64,000 bases of DNA, from positions 1 through 64,000 of the IMG/VR virus record IMGVR_UViG_3300008119_000003. One strand, written 5' to 3'. A model generated the notes under the pieces. That model had not been told where the DNA came from. It did not search any database and saw only the letters and a program-made list of their open reading frames with translations. Shown one piece after another: positions 21,401-28,912 of the stretch (within the stretch, counting starts at the first letter, position 1; the number at the start of each line of letters is the position of its first letter). The translations under genes and the position numbers were made by a program. The stretch comes from a virus.

Positions 21401-24155
21401 CCTTAGTAATTACTTTGCTAGACTTAAGAATGGTGAAGAGGTTACTCCAGCAGAAAGAATGGAAGCTAACGATCTCCTTGTTAAGAAAAGTAAAAATGAA
21501 TTAAAAGAAGGAGATAGAAAAAGATTATACGAATTATGGGAAGATCTTGCTGAGTTACAGACATCAATACCTACAGACTATTATGTAGATACTATAAACA
21601 ACTTGATGAGTTATGTAGATCTAGAAGAGATGCAAAACCGATTCAAGTTTAAGGATATTGATAAGACTAATGCTCATCAAATTCTTACCGAAGAATTCTT
21701 AGATTTCTTAGACGAACAAAGCGAAGAAGTTGCTGATTGGTTTAGAACAAACCATATCCTGTCTAGAGCTACTGATAAGGACGGTAACGAGTATATGAAG
21801 ATCCAACGTGTTAAAGCTTGGAGCGTTACTCGACCTAAATCTGCAGAGTACTTAGAGACTCACGAGTTTAAAAACTCTGACGGCGAAATAGAAGTTCTTC
21901 CGTCTGTTCCTAATATGACTTATTATGATAGAGTTGTTAAAGATCAATATGTAACCAAAGAAGTTACTATGTTAGAAGCATTAGAGATGGGAGACCCTAC
22001 TCTAGCTAACAAAGATAACAAAGGTCAATGGTTACCAAGACTTGATGCTCCAGACGATAGATATATTAACCATGAATATTTTGATGTAGCTAAAAATAAC
22101 AAAGCATTACATGCTGCTATTATAGCTTTATCTAAATGGCATCTAGAGTTTCAAGAAGGAAATCCTAACCCATCTAAGTTGTATTTGGATATCCCTCGTT
22201 TTATGCGAAGCGGTTATGAAGCTAACCTGAACATGTTTACTGCAGAAGGTAAAGATCAAAATCCTATCAGTAGATGGTGGAAACGATTCCGAGCATTCTG
22301 GGGTGGAAGCGACGATGACTACGACAGAGGTTATGACTTTACTACTCAGCAGGAAATGATCAAGGGAGATATGTTCGACGATCAATATGCGGGCGTACCA
22401 ATTAATGGTCTAGCCGATATTGAAACCGTTAACGTATCTATGGATCTTACTTACGGTATAATGAGATACATGATCTCTGCTGAAAAACAAAGAGCTCTCA
22501 TAGAAATGAATCCTATGGCAAGAGCTTTACAAACAGTACTTTCTGACCCAGATAATGTAGTAAGACAAGTAAAGGGTATAAGCAAAGACATGCTTGACAA
22601 CTTTAGTTTAAGTAACATGTTTGAGAGAGGAACCAAACTTCTTAGAAAGGGAGAGAAATCTGTAAGGCAAAAAGCTATTGATAACTTTGTAGAAAGAGAA
22701 TTTGAAGGTAAACTAAACAAAGGGGTAGTCGGAGTAGACTCTGATAACGTATGGGTACATAAGCTAGCAGATAATATCATGGGAGCATCAGCTTTCGGAT
22801 ACTTTGCTATGGATATCCCATCAGCATTAAAGAACTCCTTTGGTCTACGTATCCAATCTCTCATTGAATCAGCCGGAGGCAAGTACTTTAATCATACTAG
22901 CTATGCAGAAGGTACTATGTTTTCAAATAAAGTTAGTTGGGAAATCAGTTTAGAAGTATATAAGTTTGGACCTAAGTCCCATAATACTCAGCTAGTTGAG
23001 ATCTTTGACGCATATCAAGGAAGATTCCAAGATAAGTTTGTTGAACACGGATCTAGATCTTTAACTAAAGATGCATTAGGAGGATTAAGCTGGATGACAA
23101 GTTTCCGTAAATGGACAGAATTAAATTCAACTCTTTCCATCTTCGGAGCAATGATGCATCACGAAAAGAATGTTACGCAAACTATAAACGGCGTAACTAA
23201 AAAGATAAAATATATAGATGCTTGGGAAACAGTAGATGGTCAGATCAGATTAAAGGAAGGTGTTGATCCAGAATGGGGAATAGGAGGAACTAAATTTAAA
23301 GCATTTAAGAATAGAGTACAAGGTGTTGTAAATAACCTTGCCGGTTCCTTTGCTAAGTTTGATTACTCTGAAGCAGATAGATATGTAGCATTCCGATTTG
23401 CTATTGCATTTAAGCGCTGGTTCTTACGTATGTTTATGAACCGTTTACAGCACAGAGGATCTCTAAGAAAAGGAACAGCTCGTGCTAGATTTGACGCAGC
23501 AGTAGGAGATACAGCTATGGGTTTCCACTTAGAAGCTTTAATGGCCGCAGGAAGAGTAATAAAAACAAAAGGCGAGTATGCTATGTTTTTATCTGATACA
23601 GAGAAAGCTGCTATGTTAAAAACAATAATGGACGTAGCCTATGTTATGGCATTTAGTATGGCCATTTCTATGATATTTGGATTTGATGAGGATGATCCAC
23701 AAAAGTTTGCTAAGCTACGTGCACGATCAGGACCACTACCATTCTTAGGAGTGTCTGATAATGAAAAAGAGTTTAACTTGGGAGGATGGTTCACAAACCA
23801 CGCCTTGTATATGACTATGCAACTAAAGAACGAATCTATGCAATGGTTACCTATACCAGGATACGGTGCTGATAACTATATAGATTTGTTAAGTATGGAA
23901 TCTGTATCTATGAATAATACATGGGATAACTATAAAAAGATTTTTGCTGGATCCGCACTTCATTTAGGTAACTACATGTTTGGAACAGACGATTCTAAAG
24001 CATACTTTGATCAACGAGAAGGACCATACGAATGGATGCAGAAGGATGGATCTAAAGTACTAACTTATATAGCTCGTTCATTAGGTCTAAGTGGGAAAAC
24101 TTTATCGCCAGATATGGCAATTATAAACTGGGTTAAAGGACAAAACTGGAGATAA
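18429..24155 (+). CDS. Giant virion cargo/ejection protein 3 with N-terminal zincin (HEFAH) domain
   Basis: 1908 aa; LHEFAH...LEEALV motif; long helical body with hydrophobic C-terminal segments; third gene of the crAss-like RNAP cluster. Confidence 0.75.
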   Translation: MSVCPLPNSLNELTEYAKQIGLGPRASTEVLRAFMQKNRNLPMGAEPIVPTNEEFKALMDNMDVWNTEGRQVIMPDLYAGFGDNMNAFPEYSVLVNPIKLDAQSQANLKAAATVTVLAQKLSSNLGVPYQFITPAEAAELTKNVNTWKGQSAFFFGGVVYMIPELVTEKSVLHEFAHPLIRAIRISNPTLFTKLTNELKNSPNGTRLLAEAREEYSDLTADDPIILEEALVKSLTAQAVDKTDSAFNKFIKNFLFALRQILRKVFGDMPQKVKVENLDQNTTLAELGDMLILEQFDINLEGVSQEDVAAYINDVNEYVKALQDFNKNDLQQSTNLFFEMVKKQINLLEKNKDYDGMKKILKDAFDRPDLEQLFANLAPYQDISSFLTNEMSKLKRDAEFARKHTEAFVNSLIRTKYMINRLNKELVRLVKDPNSKSNVATVFYYNNIINYWENFLDDFQKKLTDVENGVDSSNPIFELMGSIASEISIARTNTSKIYFAGTSEIIKETLGPMQERIDQRFKDLMDDLKKRGASQEIMELRQKDYWGLSGDNLRTFLSLKQRVEAGENLSGSENEVYERLRDISYKEGAYLTEQKIEFLMLGRLGDAHALNSFLEGFIYNQDPVVFGFATFVKNRMTDVFTTAQQKGNAFLTNVKPLLEAAGYNQSNPAEFGRRATFLDKKGGTNKDTGVFEGKEVHTLLNPFKGYRADVAKMRDEIRAAEIVAAQTGNTDEVLALKLKKQKFEREYFHTDFTKEYYERYEVFRKGDNDIIGAKAEMARQEILAKIQNLTTGMGNQTTLERLDAAEELDTLWRQYRQLHSNYLPSGELKRKEDLEIAERLREFRAISRELYREELLPDLFTNSLAAHEQFLIDRKYEKNSPAFNRLREKWIMQNTRIKIKDSFYEKQKQILDEIKAITAKLPKDSQIEATISELYEKLSQLMSPYRDDDMQPEATAMDIRNIAEIKRVEQLLDLAKKNVAKASGLTANEHEILSNYFARLKNGEEVTPAERMEANDLLVKKSKNELKEGDRKRLYELWEDLAELQTSIPTDYYVDTINNLMSYVDLEEMQNRFKFKDIDKTNAHQILTEEFLDFLDEQSEEVADWFRTNHILSRATDKDGNEYMKIQRVKAWSVTRPKSAEYLETHEFKNSDGEIEVLPSVPNMTYYDRVVKDQYVTKEVTMLEALEMGDPTLANKDNKGQWLPRLDAPDDRYINHEYFDVAKNNKALHAAIIALSKWHLEFQEGNPNPSKLYLDIPRFMRSGYEANLNMFTAEGKDQNPISRWWKRFRAFWGGSDDDYDRGYDFTTQQEMIKGDMFDDQYAGVPINGLADIETVNVSMDLTYGIMRYMISAEKQRALIEMNPMARALQTVLSDPDNVVRQVKGISKDMLDNFSLSNMFERGTKLLRKGEKSVRQKAIDNFVEREFEGKLNKGVVGVDSDNVWVHKLADNIMGASAFGYFAMDIPSALKNSFGLRIQSLIESAGGKYFNHTSYAEGTMFSNKVSWEISLEVYKFGPKSHNTQLVEIFDAYQGRFQDKFVEHGSRSLTKDALGGLSWMTSFRKWTELNSTLSIFGAMMHHEKNVTQTINGVTKKIKYIDAWETVDGQIRLKEGVDPEWGIGGTKFKAFKNRVQGVVNNLAGSFAKFDYSEADRYVAFRFAIAFKRWFLRMFMNRLQHRGSLRKGTARARFDAAVGDTAMGFHLEALMAAGRVIKTKGEYAMFLSDTEKAAMLKTIMDVAYVMAFSMAISMIFGFDEDDPQKFAKLRARSGPLPFLGVSDNEKEFNLGGWFTNHALYMTMQLKNESMQWLPIPGYGADNYIDLLSMESVSMNNTWDNYKKIFAGSALHLGNYMFGTDDSKAYFDQREGPYEWMQKDGSKVLTYIARSLGLSGKTLSPDMAIINWVKGQNWR

Positions 24156-24160
24156 TTAAT

Positions 24161-24168
24161 TATATTTG
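24161..24168 (+). promoter_or_regulatory. Bacteroidota-type -7 promoter element (TATATTTG) before the lysis cassette
   Basis: Matches TAnnTTTG, 4 nt upstream of ATG 24173. Confidence 0.55.
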
Positions 24169-24172
24169 ATAT

Positions 24173-24718
24173 ATGAAAAAGTACTCTTACAAAGAACTAG
24201 AAGCAGAATTTGCTAGACTAGGTTATCAATGGCCAACCTTACACGTTATTGGAACAAGGTCTAAGGCTAATGAGAAAAACAAGTTTGATGACTATCTTTA
24301 TTTGGTAAATGGTCCTATAATGTTTCCATATACCGCTACTACTAATCCTGGTACACACTGGTTAAAAAACTTGCTAAACCCAAAAGGTACAGCAGTATTG
24401 AAACCCGGACAGTATGTCGACAGTTGGAAGTTGGGATTACACCAAGGTAAATATACAGCATTAGTACAAGCTAAACCTGTTACTGTATACCGTGATGGAG
24501 ACAAGGATGATTTAGCTGAGGAGACAAAGACTGAGGATACAGGTATGTTTGGTATTAACATCCACCGTGCTAACCCATCAGCTATCTCTAGCATTATAGA
24601 TAAATGGTCAGCAGGATGTCAAGTAGTCAACAACCCTAAAGAGTACCATCATCTTATATCAGCATGTAAGGGGTCAGGTAAAAACTTGTTTACTTACACC
24701 TTGCTAAGAGAGTTCTAA
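24173..24718 (+). CDS. Putative endolysin (L,D-transpeptidase/YkuD-like cysteine peptidase)
   Basis: GINIHRA...WSAGCQV His/Cys motif; ATTNPG motif; next to membrane proteins. Confidence 0.7.
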   Translation: MKKYSYKELEAEFARLGYQWPTLHVIGTRSKANEKNKFDDYLYLVNGPIMFPYTATTNPGTHWLKNLLNPKGTAVLKPGQYVDSWKLGLHQGKYTALVQAKPVTVYRDGDKDDLAEETKTEDTGMFGINIHRANPSAISSIIDKWSAGCQVVNNPKEYHHLISACKGSGKNLFTYTLLREF

Positions 24719-24999
24719 TGAAGAAGTGGATCCTATCCATATTAAGCAAAGACGGGGACCAGAGTTCTAAAAGACTTGTAGGCCTCTACTGTGTTCTTAC
24801 AGGATCTATCTTAGCATGGATAGCTACATTCACAGAGTACAAATGCCCAGAGTACATGTATAACACAATTATGTTTATAGGTGGTGGGGTATTTGTAGGA
24901 ACTATGATCGAGGGGGTTTTTACACAAAGAATAAATATACCTTTTAAACCTAAAGAAGATGCCAATGACAACACGTCAACTGAAGAAGCTGTACAGTGA
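24718..24999 (+). CDS. Putative holin
   Basis: 93 aa, SSKR followed by two hydrophobic helices and a charged tail; follows the endolysin. Confidence 0.65.
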   Translation: MKKWILSILSKDGDQSSKRLVGLYCVLTGSILAWIATFTEYKCPEYMYNTIMFIGGGVFVGTMIEGVFTQRINIPFKPKEDANDNTSTEEAVQ

Positions 25000-25330
25000 T
25001 ATAGCTGTTATAGTAGCCCTTGTAGCTTTTGTAGCCTTTATTGTAATATTACAATATAAGAATAAGGTAAAAGATCTTAAGATAGAAGATCTTAAACGTC
25101 AGTCATATGCCAATGATATTAGAGATAGTATTATTATAGATTCTTTAAAGTTTAAGATACTACAAGATAGTCTCCATATAGTTGATATTCAACGAGTTAA
25201 CCGTATAAACACTATAAATAAACAAGATGACAAAGACAAAGGTAACAGGGATATTGTTATTGCTATTATCCCTAACGCAAATGATGAGCAGCGTGACCGT
25301 ATATGGACAGCTTACTCCCCAAAGAATTAA
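24959..25330 (+). CDS. Putative inner-membrane spanin-like protein
   Basis: N-terminal TM helix (IAVIVALVAFVAFIVIL) then a coiled-coil-like region; overlaps the next gene. Confidence 0.5.
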   Translation: MPMTTRQLKKLYSDIAVIVALVAFVAFIVILQYKNKVKDLKIEDLKRQSYANDIRDSIIIDSLKFKILQDSLHIVDIQRVNRINTINKQDDKDKGNRDIVIAIIPNANDEQRDRIWTAYSPKN

Positions 25331-25691
25331 GTACAATGATACTAAAGGTATCTTCTTCACAGATAAACAAGAGGAGATCTTGCTTAAATCTATTGTGGAC
25401 TACGACTACTTGCAGAAAAGTATTGCAAGAAAAGACGAGATCATCAAGACTTATGAACTCCGCATCGTCGACAAAGATTACGAGATCAAGAAAGCAGCCG
25501 ATCAACTCGTTAAAGCAAATGAGAGAACAACAGATTGCCTGGATCACAATGCAGAGCTACAGTCGTACTTGGTAGAAACTCGAGATTCTCTGCATACTTC
25601 ACAAAATAATCTAGGATTAGCAAAAAGAAATAACTGGATATTTGGAGGAGTATCACTTTTTTTGTTAACTTTACTTATAGTAACTAACTAA
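25227..25691 (+). CDS. Putative spanin partner (signal peptide, coiled coil, C-terminal TM)
   Basis: N-terminal hydrophobic signal, helical middle, C-terminal WIFGGVSLFLLTLLIV; overlaps the previous gene in another frame. Confidence 0.5.
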   Translation: MTKTKVTGILLLLLSLTQMMSSVTVYGQLTPQRIKYNDTKGIFFTDKQEEILLKSIVDYDYLQKSIARKDEIIKTYELRIVDKDYEIKKAADQLVKANERTTDCLDHNAELQSYLVETRDSLHTSQNNLGLAKRNNWIFGGVSLFLLTLLIVTN

Positions 25692-25702
25692 TACATAATA
25701 CA

Positions 25703-25843
25703 ATGGCTGAAAAACCTAAAGTGATCGTAGCTCCAATGACAGCTTTATCACGTGTTAACGGTAAAAATTTTAAGAAAGGTGGCGCGGTAGGTAAAGCAAA
25801 TGCTAAACCTAAAATGTTCATGAAGAAAATGGGCAAGAAGTAA
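25703..25843 (+). CDS. Small basic protein with FKKGG motif (46 aa)
   Basis: Read by hand: MAEKPKVIVAPMTALSRVNGKNFKKGGAVGKANAKPKMFMKKMGKK. Confidence 0.6.
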   Translation: MAEKPKVIVAPMTALSRVNGKNFKKGGAVGKANAKPKMFMKKMGKK

Positions 25844-25990
25844 ATGGATAATAACTATCTGTTTCTTAAAGCTCAAGTAAAAGCATTTCATCCTCAGTGG
25901 TCTGAGGAACAAATAGATGCTGAATGTAAAAAAATACTAGCCGGCGAAAGCGAGGACGCAGATGACGGCTGTTTATACTGTGGATCCTAA
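25844..25990 (+). CDS. Small protein ending in acidic CxxCGS tail (48 aa)
   Basis: Read by hand: MDNNYLFLKAQVKAFHPQWSEEQIDAECKKILAGESEDADDGCLYCGS; ATG directly abuts the upstream stop. Confidence 0.65.
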   Translation: MDNNYLFLKAQVKAFHPQWSEEQIDAECKKILAGESEDADDGCLYCGS

Positions 25991-26002
25991 AAAATTAAAA
26001 CA

Positions 26003-26389
26003 ATGGCAAAGAAAATTTTAAAGAAAGCAGCATTTGGTAGAGAAGTCACTAAATCTGATAGTGGTCAATATAAAACAATTGATACTAATAAAGGTACTAG
26101 AGTAAGAAGAACCGTTAAAGGTGTCATAAAAGGAGCACCTACTGTAGCAGAAGCTAATGCAAATAGAGCTGATGCTATAAAAAATCCTTCTATAGATGTT
26201 AAAAATCAAGCTAAAAGAGTTGCTAATATGGCTGCGCAGTCTCTGGATCCAAAATATGGTACAACCATATTTAAAAACAGTTATGATTCATTCATAAAAA
26301 ATAACGCTGTAGATAAATCAAACGTAAAAAAATACGGAGACTTTAAAAAAGGCGGAACTGCTAAAACAACTACCAAAAAGAAAAAGTAA
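26003..26389 (+). CDS. Basic hypothetical protein (paralog of 26389-26844)
   Basis: RTVKGV..GA..V.EA.ANR and YGDFK shared with the next ORF; FKKGG near the C-terminus. Confidence 0.7.
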   Translation: MAKKILKKAAFGREVTKSDSGQYKTIDTNKGTRVRRTVKGVIKGAPTVAEANANRADAIKNPSIDVKNQAKRVANMAAQSLDPKYGTTIFKNSYDSFIKNNAVDKSNVKKYGDFKKGGTAKTTTKKKK

Positions 26390-26844
26390 TGGCAAAGAAG
26401 AAAAGACCCGAAAAGACAGAGAGTGGTTACTATAGACAAGGTACCTATATAAAGGATGACGGGAGTACTGGTTATGACCGTCCTGTAAGAACTGTAAAAG
26501 GAGTTTTAGCTGGAGCAGCTAAGGTAGATGAAGCTAGAGCAAATAGAGAAAGGAGAGATAATACTGTCGCACCTAAATCGGCAACAGGTTATGTCCCTAC
26601 AGCTAAAGAAGCTGATCAAGCAGCAAAGGAGCGACTTAAATCATATGGTGATTTTAAAGATATGACTCCTGGAATATATAAACCTAAGGGCGTTCCGTAC
26701 CTCCTTCCTGAGCCTACATATTATGAACCTCGTAATCCTGGTTTAGAAAGAGAGAGAAGAGGGGGAACAATTTCAAAACCTGTTACAGCACTAGATCAGG
26801 TAGATAGAATGGAGAAAGCTAAATTCGGTAAAACTAAAAAGTAA
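26389..26844 (+). CDS. Basic hypothetical protein (paralog of 26003-26389)
   Basis: Shared motifs with the previous ORF; TAATG coupling. Confidence 0.7.
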   Translation: MAKKKRPEKTESGYYRQGTYIKDDGSTGYDRPVRTVKGVLAGAAKVDEARANRERRDNTVAPKSATGYVPTAKEADQAAKERLKSYGDFKDMTPGIYKPKGVPYLLPEPTYYEPRNPGLERERRGGTISKPVTALDQVDRMEKAKFGKTKK

Positions 26845-26981
26845 TGGCTAAAGTAGCAAGTATAAAAAGCAATGCCCCTAAGCGAGCTAAGGTTAGCCGC
26901 CCAGGGATTATTGCTAAAACTAAAACTAGTCGATTAAAGTCGTCTAAGAATTATAAAAAAGCATATAGAGGTCAGGGTTGA
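26844..26981 (+). CDS. Small basic protein ending KKAYRGQG (45 aa)
   Basis: Read by hand: MAKVASIKSNAPKRAKVSRPGIIAKTKTSRLKSSKNYKKAYRGQG; TAATG coupling. Confidence 0.65.
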   Translation: MAKVASIKSNAPKRAKVSRPGIIAKTKTSRLKSSKNYKKAYRGQG

Positions 26982-27358
26982 TCTAAGATCTTCTTGATGT
27001 CGGGTCTAAAATATGTAGGCCCTTTTAAGATCTTTCCGTCTTCTCGGTAAATAGGTTTGCCATCGGCACCTAACTTACTTAAATTCGATCGTTGGATTTC
27101 TTTAAAGACATCCTCGATTTTATCTTGGAGACCATGCTTAAGCACAGTCCCGAAAAGAATGTAGAGCTGGTCCCCCAAAGCATCTGCGATACCCACAAGG
27201 TCATTAGCACGTACCGCTTCAAGGTATTCTGAATTTTCTTCAGCTTGTAGCGAATAGCGTAACTCGCCTTGTTTAATAGGTCCAACAGTTGGGGTCTTAG
27301 CATCTTTTTGATCAAATAAGTAGTGGAACTCTGCCACCATCTCTATATAATTTTTCAT
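26972..27358 (-). CDS. MazG-like / PRA-PH family nucleoside triphosphate pyrophosphohydrolase
   Basis: EENSEY, IADALGDQLY, EIQRSNLSK and REDGKILKGP motifs. Confidence 0.85.
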   Translation of the reverse strand: MKNYIEMVAEFHYLFDQKDAKTPTVGPIKQGELRYSLQAEENSEYLEAVRANDLVGIADALGDQLYILFGTVLKHGLQDKIEDVFKEIQRSNLSKLGADGKPIYREDGKILKGPTYFRPDIKKILDQP

Positions 27359-27374
27359 CTACAGTAATTTACAA

Positions 27375-27887
27375 TCAATAGCCTTTCTCTTCTCCAGGCT
27401 TAGTATAATATTTAACCTTGTCTATGTCATTATCACTACCGTTAGCAGCCATCTTAACAAGACCTAGCATATCAGTATTCTTAGTGTAGTCACTAGTCCA
27501 CATTGATAATCTATCTACAGCAGTTTTGTTATAGAACTTATGCTTCTCATATGCTTCTTTAAGTTTACAGTGTCTTTCATCTTTCTCATTTAACATAGCC
27601 TCTAGTAAGATAAGATAGTTTATAACATCTCCGATCTTCTCAGATACTATTTCATTTTTAACAGGTACATTATCAGACACTATATCTTTTATAGAAACTA
27701 AGTGCTTAGTCATATAACTCCAGAGAACTTCAGCTGATGTGCTGTGGAGGGATAATCCCCCCGCAGCTTCATCAAAGTTTCTGAATACGTTATCATCTTT
27801 AGCATATTCTTTATGCTTAGTAAGTAGAGTCTGGCGTACTAGATCAATACGCTTTTCTACTCGTCTGCTAAAATCTTCTCTTGTCAT
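27375..27887 (-). CDS. All-helical nucleotide pyrophosphatase-like protein (DUF1599-like)
   Basis: KHKEYA..DNVFRNF, KHLVSI and EKIGDVINYLILL motifs. Confidence 0.55.
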   Translation of the reverse strand: MTREDFSRRVEKRIDLVRQTLLTKHKEYAKDDNVFRNFDEAAGGLSLHSTSAEVLWSYMTKHLVSIKDIVSDNVPVKNEIVSEKIGDVINYLILLEAMLNEKDERHCKLKEAYEKHKFYNKTAVDRLSMWTSDYTKNTDMLGLVKMAANGSDNDIDKVKYYTKPGEEKGY

Positions 27888-28912
27888 AGATCCGGTAGTT
27901 GGAATGTAGGTAATTCTTCGTTCCCAAAGTTAAAGAATTCTTCTTCATCTTGCAATGCTTCTTCTTTGTTTTCACTAATAATTTCCTCGACATTCTCCGG
28001 CTGACCTTCCTCGTAGATTAAATCTAGAGTAATATCATCTATCTTTTCAGAGATATTGTAATCATTCATTTCTTCTTTTCTTTCAACCTCATCGATTACA
28101 TCTAGTAGACTTAACTGGTTAGTGGGTTGTACATCCTCCTGTACAGATTCTTGTACAAATTCCGTAGGATAATCCATCTGTGTTAAAGTAGTTAACGCAA
28201 AGTATTTGTTAATAACTTTGTGGCATTCTGATTGATCCTCAAACCAGTTCTTAGGATGAGACATACGTAATGCAGTAGCTACACAGTTGTAGAAGTTCCA
28301 TGCATTCGTATGGTCTATGTTATCAAATAAGACAACCTTGCCAATAAGACTATCTCTTACGGAAGATACTTGTTCCTTATTAAGACACTGCTTGTCAATA
28401 AACATCTCACCTACTAATTGCGAGTAAGTATACAAGCTAGCAGTCTGATTAATAAGTATATCTCTTGATGCAAGTAAGTCAGCATAGTGAGCATTAGCCA
28501 TATTCAATTGTGTTTGAATCATAGCAATAGCTTCTTCATCAGCCTTACCTGTATGCTTTCTAGCATAACTAGATAAGTTACCAGCAAAGATATAGTTACC
28601 AGTCTTCGGAATGTAAACTCCAACTCCACATTTAAACCTCATAGATTTGTCATACGAGTTACCCCATATAAACATCATCTTCATATCTGGATCTGTACCC
28701 TGATCTAGGATATAGATTCCATTTGCAACATTACCGCCAATACTTGCACGGTATAATTCTGATTCTACATTAAAGCCACGAGTAGCAAGTTCTTCATGAA
28801 CTTTATCTATAATAGATTTGTGGCTAATAGGAGTATAGCGCCCCCCGTGATTGGGGAGAGCTACACCTTCTAAATATTCTCTGGTAATACCAGTAGGAAT
28901 TCTTTTACTCAT
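27884..28912 (-). CDS. DUF932-like protein with acidic C-terminal tail
   Basis: YTPISH, GNSYDKS and RKHTG motifs. Confidence 0.65.
   Translation of the reverse strand: MSKRIPTGITREYLEGVALPNHGGRYTPISHKSIIDKVHEELATRGFNVESELYRASIGGNVANGIYILDQGTDPDMKMMFIWGNSYDKSMRFKCGVGVYIPKTGNYIFAGNLSSYARKHTGKADEEAIAMIQTQLNMANAHYADLLASRDILINQTASLYTYSQLVGEMFIDKQCLNKEQVSSVRDSLIGKVVLFDNIDHTNAWNFYNCVATALRMSHPKNWFEDQSECHKVINKYFALTTLTQMDYPTEFVQESVQEDVQPTNQLSLLDVIDEVERKEEMNDYNISEKIDDITLDLIYEEGQPENVEEIISENKEEALQDEEEFFNFGNEELPTFQLPDL

Noticed and set aside
2410-24974. Numerous antisense ORFs inside the giant genes and lysis cassette
   Set aside because: Shadow ORFs of the sense codon pattern, with low-complexity S/L/I-rich translations and no motifs.
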